Assembly (NCBI RefSeq): GCF_036588685.1
Contig: NC_086376.1
Span: 40,672,001-40,736,000 of the forward strand
Source of the DNA: Mytilus trossulus
Taxonomy: Eukaryota
Direction: 5' to 3'
Length of the DNA: 64,000 nt
The notes under the pieces were generated by a model. That model did no database searches. It saw nothing but the letters and a program-made list of their open reading frames with translations, and was not told where the DNA came from. The stretch's first letter is position 1. Each line of letters opens with the position of its first letter. This document shows positions 1-13,949 of this stretch, piece after piece. Made by a program: the position numbers and the translations under genes.

Positions 1-1215
1 AAAACTCCAATATTGATGAAAAACTGCGCGTGTTAAATGACAGCCTAGTAGGCAATACAAAAAATAATCCAAATATATTAAATTGATGTTGTACGATTGC
101 CATTAAAATAGCTATCCACCCGAGTGCAAATGTTCTGAACGTAAGCGACTATTCATCAGAACGAGACCTTCAACAACGAGCAAAATCCATACATAATAGC
201 ATGAGTAATGACAAAACAATAAACGAAAAATAAATGACATATAACAACAGACAACTACCAAAACAGAAAAGCCTCAGGACTTGCGACAGGAACATACAAC
301 TGACTCGATACAAGACGTGGCACAACACCACAAAAATATCATTTAAAAAGGACTGAACTCGTCAGAATGGCACTAAGCACAAAAGAATATATAAATATTT
401 TATGATTACCACTGGAGAAAAAAAATGTGATTCTGTTATCGATCCCCCCTTGCAGCACACTGTTATTCGTCGATTCAAATTAAATTAAAGAGGACATTTG
501 TTTGGTTTAATTATGTCTTTATTTATGAACGATGTACAATGCATACATTTTTAATAAAGCATTACGCAAAAGCAATTTCAATAACTGTTCGATAAAAGCT
601 GAGATAAAAGAGAATGTGGTAAAAATTCTTAACAGCAGTATTGATAGAAGGGAAACAAACCGTTTGGAGGTCTTTAGTCTAAGAACAGCATAGATACTCT
701 GCACTACTTTAATTTTAAAATGAATGAGCAAAAAGCGTTTGTTCAAATGTCTTTAGTCTAAGTACATCCATACTCTGAATTTCTTCAATGTTACATAAAT
801 TATATGCAAACAACTCGTAAACAGATTTAATCATGTTCATCAACTTGTATTACAAAGAGAAAATGAAATCGGAGACTGAATTTACATAATTTGTCATTTT
901 ATGTACAATTAGATGACACAAAGAGTGTTTCATTTACATACAAAAGGTCAGCTTCTAATTATATATACATATATTGGCAATATATATATATTTAGAGTAT
1001 TGTTGTATTCAGATTCTTCTCTGACTTTTCTACAAGGCTTGTATTATAAGTATTTACATGTACTGACGTACGTAATAACAGAGCCCAGGTATAGGGACAT
1101 GCAAAGAAAAAAATGTTGTGCGCACAAATTAATATATAATTGTGCACACAACTTATAATATAATGTGCGCACAAAATATGTATCTATTTCTATAATTACT
1201 TTTTGTCAGTTACAA

Positions 1216-1865
1216 TTACAAACTTTGTCGTCTCCTACAACCATGGCATCCTTTTATGATCTTGGAACCGACTCTGTTCATTTGATGTGCAGCTACTTTT
1301 ATGGAAACAATGTAAAACTCCATGAAGACGTTAATACATACGGATACCAATGCTAAACCAACAAAAACATAGATAGATGTCACTATAAAATATTTCGTAT
1401 GGGCTGGTGTTATGTCGCCAAAGCCAATCGTACTCACGGATATAAAAGTAAAATAAAAGGCATCTAAATAGCTCCAATCTTCCCAACGTGTGTACATCAA
1501 TGCTCCGAGAAAAAGGTAAATGAATAAAATGATAACTGGTACAGCTAAAGGAAGCCTATTTTCTATTTCCTTTATTAATGTTTCATCCTTATCTTCCCAA
1601 ACAATTTCTATATCATTGTTTTCCTTTTCTGTATGTTCGGTGGAAAGGGCAACACCATTACGTTCCTTCTTAAAGGTTTCCCCATCAGCAGTTTGCACAT
1701 TCTTAGCATAAAATCGTTTTACTCCAAAATAGAAGAACTTAATGACTGTTGTTAATTTTTTACCAATTTCTGCTAAGACTCTGAAAGCTAGTGGAATTCC
1801 AAAAATTGCATAAAATATTGCAATTACTTTTCCAGTATCAGTCCTAGGGTAAATATCACCATAGC
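1216..1865 (-). CDS. K2P potassium channel gene 1, exon 2 (M2, M3, P2, M4); spliced product 338 aa
   Basis: Acceptor TTTACAG|GC TAT completes GYGD; YAIFGIPL; P2 STIGFGD; 367+650=1017 nt in frame. Confidence 0.93.
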
Positions 1866-2425
1866 CTGTAAATAAATATACGAGGTTTGATATGAGTTTA
1901 TTTTTTATTTTCACAAAATATTTTCAAAAATATGAATTGACTTGCATACAGACATGTTCATCCCTTGATTTCGACTACCTGTCTTTAAAATCAGTGCAAA
2001 AGGTATAGGCATTCATTTTGATATGAGGGATATGAAGATACACAGAAACGTTCAGTCAGATAGTTTGTTTAAAGACTGAAACTTTCTCGTTTAACATAAC
2101 CTTCTCTTTCCCTATGTTTCGGTTATAGTATTTATGTCTTTCTCCGACTTGAGGTTTCTTTTGTTGAACCATTTATATTTTGTTAACACCTTTTTTCAAA
2201 CTAGATAAATAAAAGAGGGACGAAAGATACCAGAAACACAGTCAAAATCATAAATCGAAAATAAACTGACAACGCCATGGCTAAAAATGAAAAACTTACA
2301 AACAGACAAACAATAGTACACATAGAATAATAAACGATGAATTGAAACAAGTTTTAAAGGTTCATAATCATAGATTGATCTTCATACGGGTGTCTTAACT
2401 CTAATGTTAATGAAATAAGACATAC

Positions 2426-2792
2426 CTATTGCTGTATAAATAGTTCCACAGAAAAACAATGCTTTCCAGAAATCCCATCTTTTTCCATGATTTTTTTCAA
2501 AGTTATCAGCATCAAATTTATTCATCAGAGTAACAATTTCATCTCTTAAATTTTCAAACTCCGAACTGTTCAAGGACACAGTTAAGTTCAATAACAGCTG
2601 AACCATATTCTTGTGCTTAGGTTCTTTTGCTAATAAAAGTTCGTCTTGATACGGTGTCTCTACGTGGACGAATATAACAGCTCCAGTAAAACTGTATACC
2701 ATAAGTAAAATAATTAAACCAGTGAAAGATTTTAAACCGTTGTAAAATTGTCCTATAACATTTTTCGCTTTCGAACGAAACCCTTTTGTCAT
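2426..2792 (-). CDS. K2P potassium channel gene 1, exon 1 (M1, cap, P1)
   Basis: ATG at 2792; M1 helix; WDFWKALFFCGTIYTAIG; donor ATAG|GTATGT at 2426/2425; 367 nt, phase 1. Confidence 0.92.
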
Positions 2793-5156
2793 TTTGCACG
2801 TTATTGACAGTGTAAAGATAATAATTTGTAGTATTCAGTATTTCAGTATTTTTTCTTTATATCGGTATCAACTGAAAATATACTTTGTCTCGTTTTATTT
2901 CGAGTATATCAAATGGTAATGTTCCCATAGTCGACCACACAATGAATAGTGTGTTTTCCTCTTTGCCATTTGCACAAGATTTAGACGATTAAACGACCAT
3001 ATTAAGTGATATTTTTATACATTAATGGACGCTTTTGATATTGACATTAAATGTTTAATGACATCAAGGGAATCGTTTAATATGTGATGCAATCATCAGA
3101 CAATTACGAATACGACATCTCTTGGGTCAGTGAAAAATAAAAATAAAAATGTTATCACACTATTCCTACTAATTACTCCCCTTTGCTATTTCAAACAAAT
3201 TATTATGTAATCGAGAGATCAATTCAAAGCTCTTTCGAATACTTGTATATGCTTTTTATGAATTGACAATGCACTTAAAATAAGTGCGTGCTATGCTAAG
3301 TAGGGTTTCAACAGATAACTTGTTGATTTATCAGATTCCATAGTCTTAATTATTATCCAGGTAAATTTTAGGGAAATACTCTAATGATTTAACTTTATCC
3401 ATAATATTTTCCTGTAAGGTGTAAATTGATCTTTAAAATAATGATCAAGCTAATGATACGTAAAATGAAGTGCAAAAAAAAATTCCATAGGTGCATTTTA
3501 TTTGTCTCTACTTGACATGCATTACACCACATCTTCCTATATTTAATTACTATATCTGACCTATCTGACCGCGCAAAGAGTTGATTGTTCACTACCTAGC
3601 TCCTGACTTGGAACAGCCACAGAGAATGTGGCGGGTGTTTAACGTGTAAGTGGGTACATAACCCTCCACCTAATCATGGGACAGTGGTGCAGCAGACCAA
3701 TACAAGAACTGTATAAAACAATAAACAAACAACGCACACGATCAGCAGTAACAAACAACAACCACTCAATTACAGGCTTCTAAATTGGGAAAGGCACGAA
3801 TAAAATGTTTCGGGGTAAAACATGATAATTCCCATGTATACGGAATTGGTTTTGATCAATATTCAATCCCAGTGAATCTCCTTATTTTGTATTATTTCTG
3901 AAATTCATAATTTAGGCTATTGACGCAATTTAATATATCATGTCTTTGTGCTTTTCCTTCCTTAGTTTTGTTGTGCATTGTTATGCGATTTCTTTTGATT
4001 TCTTTTGGTTTTTAACCCTTTAAAGCATCCACATGACTCTAAAAAAGAACACCAAAACCAACTAAATCAACTATTAAATCCAATAATTCAATAGATATAA
4101 GTAACTTAAGAATAAACTAGAAAAGTATGCTTCCGTGTTAAGACGAAAACATATGCATTGTTTTACTGATAATTCCGAAGAACATTCCTTTCTCTTGATG
4201 AACGAACAAATGTTTTCTTTGGAATATTTAATGCTATTTTTTTCAAAGTGAAAAATTTCAAATATTCTGCAATACAGCTTACACTGTGAATAGTCACAAT
4301 ACTTTATTATTACTATAGTTAGAAGGAAATTAAGTTCAAGTGATGTTTGTTTCAATAATTTTTCGGTCGTAAATATTGTATTAAACTGGCCAACGACTCA
4401 AATTCTGTTATAAACACTATTAATAATTGCACATTCCAAAGTAATACGTATTTGTGTCACGGAAATGAATGTCACTCGTTATAATAATTTCTAAAAAAAC
4501 ATATATCTCTGAAGTTCCAAGCATGGTTATTAATCTCTGAAAAACTTGGCGTTTTATACATTACTGCAATTATGTTTGTCTGTATTTATACTTATCGTCA
4601 AATATGTATATGTTTTATCTCTATTGTAATAACACCATTTTTTTTCACAGAATACGACTGCTACGAAAGGTTAATCCCTCAATCCAACAAAATAAGACTA
4701 TTGTTTTAGGATTTGAGATGTAATGAAACTCGACAAATTTCTTGTTTAAACTATGTCGGGTCACAGCCAGATAAATAACATTGAGAAATAATTTTGGTAG
4801 CATTTTATTCTATGAAAATATTCACAAGACATGACATTCTGCACGATTCCTCAAGGATTACACATTGACATTTTGCAAATACTCCTTCAAACACAGTTAC
4901 TAATGATGAGCTATACTTTCCACATTTTCCCACTCATTCTCTCACACTAGGACATTTTGACCATATTTCCAAAGTCTGAGTCTGATTCATACATTAATAT
5001 TATGCACATCTTTTTCACAAGTTGCTGTTCATACCAGATTAACAAACGTGTATGTAATACAATTCGTTTTAATATACTTCTTCTTAAACTATTTTGTATA
5101 TTATTGGTCCATTTAATGCCTTCTCCTTTCCATAACACAAAATGATCCAAAATCCC

Positions 5157-5531
5157 TATTGAAGGTCTAAATTCTTACACATTGTCTTCTGCTTCCAAAA
5201 CGACATCCTTTCTTTACGGTAGATTTTACGACAAATTGAAGGTCTAAATTTATACACTTTGTCTTCTGCTTCAAAAAACGACAACCTTTCTTTACGGTTT
5301 ATTTTACGACAAATTGAAGGTCTAAATTTATACACTTTGTCTTCTGCTTAAAAAAACGACAACCTTTCTTTACGGTTGATTTTACGACAAATTGAAGGTC
5401 TAAATTTATACACTTTGTCGTCTGCTTTCACAAAGACAACATTTGTTTACGACAGATTGCAGGTCTAAATTCATACACTTTGTCTTCTGCTTCCACAGCG
5501 ACAACCTTTCTTTACGGTAGATGTTACGACA
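5157..5531. repeat. Tandem repeat (5 copies, 65-78 bp) of the last codons and stop of K2P gene 2
   Basis: G(A/C)AGGTCTAAATT units start at 5161, 5238, 5316, 5394 and 5459. Confidence 0.88.
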
Positions 5532-6120
5532 TCCATTTGATGAATTGCTAGTTTAATGGACATTATATAAAAGTCAATTAAAACATTTATACACATTGAC
5601 ACCAATGCTAAACCTATAAAAACATAAATTGAAGACACTATAAAGAATTTTGTATGCGCTGGTGTAATGTCTCCAAAGCCGATAGTGCTAACTGATATAA
5701 AAACAAAGTAAAAAGCGTCTAGAAAGCCCCAATCTTCCCACAACGTATACATTATGGCTCCAAGAAATATGTAGATGACTAGAATAATTATTGGCACTGC
5801 TATAGGAAGTTTGTTTTCGATTTCTTTTATTATTTTTTCTTCCTTATTTTCTTGTTCTATTTTTATTTCGCTTTTGTCTATTTCTGATAGTTCGACGTTT
5901 TCAACGTGATCTGCTTGTTTATCTCGAACGGTGTATCTGTTGTTATTTCGCCCATTGCATTTAAAACATTTTTTCACAAGCAAATAGAAAAACTTGAGAA
6001 TTATCATCAACTTTTTTCCAAGCACAGCTAAAACTTTCATGGCGAGTGGAATTCCAAATACAGCATAAAATATAGCAGCAACTTTTCCAGCATCTGTTTT
6101 TGGATAGATGTTACCATAAC
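5471..6120 (-). CDS. K2P potassium channel gene 2, exon 2; spliced product 338 aa
   Basis: Acceptor TTTCAG|GT TAT GGT AAC (GYGN); P2 STIGFGD; 650 nt; ends RRQSV*. Confidence 0.93.
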
Positions 6121-6758
6121 CTGAAATAATAATTTTTGAAAATTATAAAATATAACTACATTTCATTGTCATTATATTGATATAGATAAAGATAAGATAT
6201 ATTGTTTTACCGGTTAAGGGCCCAAAATGGACTTGAAGGCCGTACTTTAACCTATAATGGTTTACTTTTTAAATTGTTATTTGGATGGAGAGTTGTCTCA
6301 TTGGCACTCACACCACATCTTCCTATATCTAATTAGGGAGTTTTAGAGAATACCAGTATAAGAAAAAAGAACAATTCAATATGATTAGCATTGATATATA
6401 ATATATATACATCTTGTACACAACATATATACAACTACAATACAAATATAGATATGTTGTTATATATAATTGTTTTAGGATTGCCAGGTGAAGTAGTTAA
6501 TCATTCTTCTCTAATTCTATGGAAATTTATCCCTTTCCGAACCCATTGTATAAAAAAATATAATCAACGTGTGGTTTCTGGTGATCTCAAAAGATCATTG
6601 GATGATTTCAAGGGTCATGACCTTTTAAGCTAACTGAATGAATCAAAATTTGATAACAGGTGTTAATGAAATTGACAACTTCGTGCAATGTGAAAGGCAC
6701 TCGAAGGGGATTTTCGGTCAACAAAAAAAGAAAATGTCTTTTTAATCATTAGAGAAAC

Positions 6759-6921
6759 AGATTCTTACATAGTTACTCGTGGATTATCGGATTTATCCAA
6801 TCTCGATAGTTAAATTATAAATTTTAAAGTCCTCGCCGAGGCGGCTCGGACTTTAAAATTGATAATTTAACTATCTCGATTGGATAAATCCGATAATCCA
6901 CTGGTGTCAATGTAAGAATCT
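6759..6921. mobile_element. Hairpin MITE (~163 bp) in intron of gene 2
   Basis: Near-perfect palindrome AGATTCTTACAT...ATGTAAGAATCT with ~75-bp arms. Confidence 0.8.
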
Positions 6922-7919
6922 ATATATAACGGTGCTAAACTGAATATGCTAGTGAACAGAAAATCAATCCAAAAGAAATGTAAAAGAAAATTCAATTACA
7001 TCCTAATGACATATTCGGAAATTAATTTGAAAATGCATCAGGTGTATGACATTTACAAGATGCTGCAAATCATTGTTTTTAATTCTGTTTTTGGACATTT
7101 TTATCTCAGTAGAAACATTCCACACGTGACACCAAGCCATGGTCGATTTTTATTTTAGATAAAAATGTCCTCCGCCGGTTTAAAATTTTCTTTAAAATAC
7201 ATGTTAAATTGAACTACATGTATTTAATTTAATTAAAAACTTGTTTCAGCAGCAAAGTGTACTGCTTATTTCAAATGTCAAATTATATAAAACTCTTCTC
7301 AAGTACTAGTACATAGTTTATATTAGAAATCTCTCTCAAAATGTTTCAATAACTTTTAAATTGTGCCTGTACTTTCTAAGATCATTTACAAAGCTCTTAA
7401 ATTGAAACCCTGGCTGAACAAATCTTACAGAAGTGAAATTTGTGTTAAAATTTCATTTGAACTTCTATTTTTGTTGTACATACATAGTGTAAATGCCAAA
7501 TGGGGGTTCGAGCATTCTAACTATTGTGTGCTTTCACAAGCTTCGAATTTGAATTTTTAAACGAAATATTGGTCTGGAAAAGATTTTGAAAATTATAAGA
7601 AACAAATGAAGTAATTAGCATATCCTTTTTATATTGATACATTTATGTATTGTACCAAATACACACAATCACTTATTATACTTTCATATATAAACAAAAA
7701 CATGTTGCCATCTATTGTTTTTATAGAAATAAGTGTGGCACAGATGTCGCTTACTCGATGACCTGAAACTTGAAATTTCATTCAAACATTTTATGCCTAG
7801 GTGGAAACAAGATTTTAAACGGTGTAGTAATTATTCATCGGTACACTTGATATCTTTCCTGTGGGCGGTTGAGTTGACAAGATATTTTACAACTTATGTA
7901 CTTAAAATGTTATACTTAC

Positions 7920-8286
7920 CTATTGTTGTGTAGATAGTGGCACAGAAAAACAAAGCTTTCCAGAAATCCCACGTGCTCTCAGAATTCCCCTCCATATCTC
8001 CAAAGCCATACTGATTTATCAGATCGAAGGTTTTATTTCTTAGTATTTCAAAGTCAGAGTTGTTTAACGCCACTGTTACGTTTGTTAAGAGTAGAATAAG
8101 TTCATCATGCTCTGGTTTTTCTTTGATTACAATTTTCTGTTCATACGGCGCTTCCAATTCAACAAATATTACGGCTCCAATTATATTGTAAAGCACCAAT
8201 AAAATAATCAAACCAGTCAAAGATTTCAAACCTTTATAAAGTTTTCGAAATATGGTAGTAACTTTTGAACAAAATCCTTCAGCCAT
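7920..8286 (-). CDS. K2P potassium channel gene 2, exon 1
   Basis: ATG at 8286; WDFWKALFFCATIYTTIG; donor ATAG|GTAAGT; 367 nt, same length as gene 1 exon 1. Confidence 0.93.
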
Positions 8287-9323
8287 AGTACCTCACTTAT
8301 TCCAAGTCTACCGCGATGTTACATATCCGTGGAAAGGCAATGATAAAGTTTCAATCCGTTTTATCACAAAAGGATTACTGTTGTCTCTTTATAAGTCTTT
8401 TGTGTAAAAGAAATATGACATATTTCAACACACACTATACATTCACACTGGATTATTGTAAAATAACAAGCACACGGTTGATTTCACATATGTTATGTAT
8501 ATTGAAATAAAATGTGTAGAGACCGATGTGATATTAAATATACCTTTTCTATGAATAGACATTAATAATTCCTATAGATTCAAGTATCGTGACGACTTCA
8601 ATAAGAAGATAATACAAAACATCTATAATTACGCAATTGTATTATGCTAAAATCAATTTCCATGTTGGAGACTCTAAATAAGTGCTAAATATGGTGATCA
8701 TGAATATTATACAAGTCAGATGAAGCGTCGGCGTTCTGACAATATGGAATCAAAAAGTAACATTTTGCTCCTTCAACTTTTATTTAAGCAGTCCGGCAAG
8801 ACTGAACAACAAACTCCAAATTAAATGTAATGCAACATATAACATTAATATATATAAGGACATGTAATTAAAGGATTAAAAATTTAACAGATGCCATGCA
8901 AATAGAAATAAGAATAGATTCAAAGAGTATAATTAGTGTCTGACAAGTATTTGTTAATAAATTATTATTGTATAAAATGCCACAGAGAATAATAAATTAA
9001 ATGAAACAGCTAAATGCAATTCAGTCCTTTGTCCAAGATTATGACACTTTATCTGCGTAAAACACTTGGAAACTAATTTCACATTCCACAGTACAAATTT
9101 AGTCTGATCATAATAGTGTTAAGTTAAGGATTATACAAATCCTTTCATAAAGCTATCCATACAATAGAGAGAAAATAAAAGTTTTTCGATTTTGCAGAAA
9201 ATAATCACACGCATCGTGATTCGTATCTGTTTTTTTTTTTATCTGTATAGTACATAATAACAGCTTTAAATACAGCAAATTGAATCAAGTTTCGAGTGAA
9301 AGAAATTTTGGAATTATTATAAC

Positions 9324-9985
9324 TCATAAACAATAGTATAATGCTACAAGTACAAATGTAACATACTCCAGACCTAATAGAATACATAGGAAGTCTTTAT
9401 ATTCACTCAGTTTACAAAATTTCAGTACTTTTAGTATTTTCATTTCTTTCCGTGTGAGGTCGCATATTACCGTACTGAATTGCAGCATTGACGCAATCAA
9501 GCCAATAGGTAAATAAATACACGAGCCGATGTTATATTTATCGTCTGGTGGTATAATGTCGCCAAACCCAATGGTACTTAGCGATATAATCACCAAATAA
9601 ACAGCATCCATGTAGGTCACGTGTTCCCATGAGGAATATATAGATCCTCCTATCAAAATGTAAACAAATAAAAAAGCTACCGATGCCAAAAAGGGAATTA
9701 TGGAATTATGATTGTCTGTACGTTCTATTCTCATATTTGAACCAGTTTCAATACTTTCGGCATCAAGATTCAAATTGATGTTGTCCCCTTTTTGTGTGAC
9801 ATGTCCGTATTTGAGATAGGGTGGCTGCAATCGATTTCGTACCGTAAGATATATGAAACTGACAAAGGCGGCAAGTCTTTTACCAATGCCGGCTATGACA
9901 ATCATGGTAAGTGGTATTCCTACTGATGAATAAACCATAACAAAAATCTTTCCACCAGTTGTAGTTGGAGTAATATGGCCATATC
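9324..9985 (-). CDS. K2P potassium channel gene 3, exon 2; spliced product 315 aa
   Basis: Acceptor TTGTAG|GA TAT GGC CAT (GYGH); YSSVGIPL; P2 STIGFGD; 286+662=948 nt in frame. Confidence 0.88.
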
Positions 9986-10909
9986 CTACAATGGAATATG
10001 TTTTTTTTGTTTAAATGAAATTCAGTGTATGTAATAAATAACGAAAACAATAATTATAATTTCTTTTCTATCGGAAAGTAAAATAACATTATAGAAATTG
10101 GCGAATTAAACCTGGTTTTGTAACTAGCTAAACCTCTCACTTGTATGACAGTCGCATGAAATTCTATTATATTGACAACGATGTGCGAACACATCAAACA
10201 GACATTATCATAGATAAAAATTGTCGAAATTTCTTATATAGACAACGAATTATTCCTATGATAAAACTTTATGATATTTTGTACCTCTTAGCTTGAACAT
10301 CTATTATTTACCACAACTGTTAAAATGAATGAAAATAAGCATAATAGAAAATGTTGACGACAACGTTAGAATTATATCAATGACAGAATTCGGTGAATAA
10401 ATGAATTCATAGATTGTTGATTGATTTTCGCCCAGTGGCGAATATCACATGTATATTTCAGACAAACACAAATTAAAAAAAATTCAATCTGCAAAATTTG
10501 AGAGTTTCATCGATAGTTATCGAAAAAGAAATGGTTACAAAGGTAGATTAGAGGTAAAAGAACGGCCTTCAATAAGGAGCATAAAACAATCCCGAAACAG
10601 GAAAACCAATGGTGTAATCAATATAAAAAGCGAGAAATAGAACCTGAGATCAACCCTAGTTTTGATGGGGATCGTGTTGTTTAGTTTTTAGTTTTCTATG
10701 TTTTGTCCCGTGTGCTTAAATTTGTCTGTTTGTCTTTTTCTTTTTTAACTATGGCGTTGTCAGTTTATTTTTTTATCTATGAGTTTGAATGTTCTTTGGT
10801 ATCTTTCGCCCCTCTATTGCAATGACTTCGGAATAAGGGAATGTAGGATAAAGATAGAAATTGCAACTAGCAACTTCCATACTAACCACCATAGTGAAAA
10901 TAGACATAC

Positions 10910-11195
10910 CTATTGTTGTAAGTGTTGTGACAATGAAGAATAGAGATTCCCAGTAGTGCCAGGGATTAGTGTCCTCATCCTGAATTGGAAACTCATTTCC
11001 AGAGATATTATTACTACTCAGCGAACTGTACACTTCTAAATCTCCATATTCTCGGTAAACCTCATATGTATCTCCAATACGTAGATAGATAGCGGCACCA
11101 ATGATAATATATACACATAATGTAAAGACAACAAAAGGAAACGACTTGGCGATATGGAGAACTCTTTTCGGATTTAGCTTGAACTCACACGCCAT
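10910..11195 (-). CDS. K2P potassium channel gene 3, exon 1 (short cap)
   Basis: ATG at 11195; M1 YIIIGAAIY; WHYWESLFFIVTTLTTIG; donor ATAG|GTATGT; 286 nt. Confidence 0.88.
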
Positions 11196-11555
11196 GTTTA
11201 AATCCCTTTTTTCTATGGACGATCAACGTGTTATATATTTTGACCCAAATGAGTAACTATAATAGCTTTCATAAATATCATGTTCTATAAAATCACAGTA
11301 AATAATGTCTATTACTAGTAACAAGAGAAAATGGCACCGACGATTTGACAAAATTGGCTTTAATAACTCTAGACTCCAGACCTTTTATCATAATTTGATC
11401 TCGGATTTAATGATGTTGTTTTTCTGTATTTCTTCCATACATGAACGTACTGCATAAAATGCACATTTTGTTCATTGTTAATGATTTGAAAAAGAATTTA
11501 AAAAAGATAAAAAAAAAAAATCATCATTTTGTTATGTCAAAAGATTCCCTTCCTT

Positions 11556-11740
11556 GTTGACATTTCGCAGTTCGAAGTTTAATTTCTATGTTCCGAGTTG
11601 AAATTTCTTTGATCTCCGTTGACATTTCTCAACCACAAATTGACCTATCTCACACACAAGTTGAAGTTGCTCAGTTCCTAGTTGAAATTTCTCAGTTCCA
11701 AGATGACATTTCTAAGTTCCAAGATTAAATTTCTCTTCTG
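11556..11740. repeat. Degenerate 21-bp tandem repeat
   Basis: GTTGA(C/A)ATTTCTCAGTTCCAA-like units. Confidence 0.65.
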
Positions 11741-12336
11741 GTATTGTGAAATGTCACATCTACAAGCTATGAAATGTCAACTTGAAAGGTAAAACCGTGA
11801 AATTTGAAATAAGGACTTTAATAAGAGAATGTTCTTAACGGTTATTCCTAAAATGCATTTTATGTTTGACAATGTTTCTTTAAATAATTTATATATCTAG
11901 ATAAGTGTTTTTTTTTTTATATCATCTAAAAATTGAGTCTTTGTGTGTGGTTCTACCTAAACGACTATGAAAAGAATGTCACACTTTAACGTGACCGGTA
12001 AAATAGTGTAAAATTTCTTGCCGATCTTTTCAGAAGGAAATATGATATTTTGACCCTATACAAATGTATAAGTCACAAACTATAGCATTTCATACTTGAA
12101 CTTTTTTTTTTTATTGTTGTTTAACACATCTTAGGGAGTCATATTCTTAAATTCATCGGTGTGTTTGACGACAAAAAGCCTAATTACATGTATTATCTAT
12201 GAAACTGATCTATAACATACATATCCACAGAAGACCAAAGCACAAGGATGTAAATAACAACAGGTCACTCATTGTACGATATTTGTACCAGTAGACATTC
12301 TTTGACAATAGGTATATTTTATTTGTACCATATACG

Positions 12337-12536
12337 AGGGAGATAGGATGGTACCTGGTCCCGAAATCCCGGACTTAAAAAAAAACGAAATCCCGAGGTC
12401 CCGAATTTAAATAAAGTAAATCCCGACGTCCCGAAATCCGAAAAAAAGAATTCCCGGATCACGAAAGGGTCAATCCCGAAATCCCGAGCTTAAAAAGACC
12501 CGATCCCGCAGTCCCGATAAAGGTCCTATCCCCCCT
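12337..12536. mobile_element. MITE with internal TCCCG repeats
   Basis: TIR AGGGAGATAGGA / TCCTATCCCCCCT; flanking direct repeat CATATACG (6-8 bp TSD depending on the boundary). Confidence 0.75.
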
Positions 12537-13007
12537 CATATACGCTTCCATACAGCATTCACATACCATACATTATGTTCCAAAGTAGCTGATTCCGACT
12601 TAACTTGTGACGAACAAGAGTTAGGGATGCATAAATAAGTTTTGTTCTTATGTTGAACTGTAACACAACTGTCCAAGATAAGGGGAGGGTTAACGTTGAG
12701 CGGTCACAAACATGTATATCTCTGGCAATTATGTATGTACAAATGTTACTGTCCCAAGTCAGGAGCCTGTAGTTCAGGGATTGTCGTTGGTTCTTGTCTG
12801 TCATATGTGTTTTTCGTTTTTTTTTATGAATAAGACTATTATTTTTCTCACTAGAATTATTTTATATTTTTTCATATTGGGGAAAGGGGGGGGGGGGCTT
12901 TTAAAATCGACTTCATGTACTAGTATTAAATATGGGTTTTTACATTTAAGCTTTAGTCATGTTTTTGCTTGTATCTTGACAAACTCGAAATTGATAATGA
13001 AGTTCGG

Positions 13008-13075
13008 TTGAGAACAAAACTTTACGACAAAAGACATGATTTCAGCTTTCCAATTATAAACTTTCTATTTCTATG
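13008..13075 (+). repeat. Penelope-like RT fragment
   Basis: Translates LRTKLYDKRHDFSFPIINFLFL. Confidence 0.6.
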
Positions 13076-13949
13076 ATAACGATTGAAATGTTCCGACTAT
13101 CGTAAACTGAAATACAACCCTCATTTCATCGAATGTAAAATAACAAATTGAAGGCCGAATTTTAACCTATAGTTTTTTACTTTTTATACATTTGCACTTG
13201 GATGGAGAGTAGTCACATTAGCACCCATACCTCATCTTCATATTTATATTATCACCGGGGTTTTATTAACATGAGCGACACGACGGATGCTACTTGTTGA
13301 GCAGGATCTGCATACCCTTCCGGAGGAGATCAGTCTTACTTTTGTTTAAAATGGCTCATGTTGCATTTGATTTAGTTCTCAATAGTATTCTCTGTACTTC
13401 TTAATCTATAATGTATGTGTTGTTTCTAACACTAACAAATGTATCCATTCTTTGTCCTGAAAAAAACCCAGGTGTGTCTATTTCAAATTTTCATGTTTGT
13501 TCAAGCTTTATAATTAGAAAATTTACATGGTTGGTGGTTCACGGAGTTTGGTGTTGTCCTAGGATAAGGTAAGAGTCCTTTACATAACCGCCATTGCATG
13601 ATGCCTGGCTACCTTCTTAATATTATGTGTTAACGTATTAAATAGAAGTAACATTATACGGTTGTGATATATGGAACAGGATCTGCCCAGCCTTCCGAAG
13701 CACCTGCGATCATTCCCATTTCTGGTTACCATTTTTTTTAGTTTTGATTGTGTGACACTTCCCACCTTTGTTTTTTAAGGTCAATATAATTTCTTTATCT
13801 ATTTTCCGTCAGATTGCCTTTTTTCCAGATATTACTATGACTGTTATTCGTTTCAGTTCAGTAATAAAAGTTGGAATATATGATTTGTGAAAGATGTTTT
13901 GATTTATTCGATCAGAATCAGTATCGTTCTCTTTTTGTGGTTTATTCGT

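Noticed and set aside
1866-1914. ORF-track N-termini of the K2P second exons (also 44060-44156) and read-through tails of the first exons
   Set aside because: These are intron sequence beyond clear AG/GT splice sites; the ten ORFs are five spliced genes
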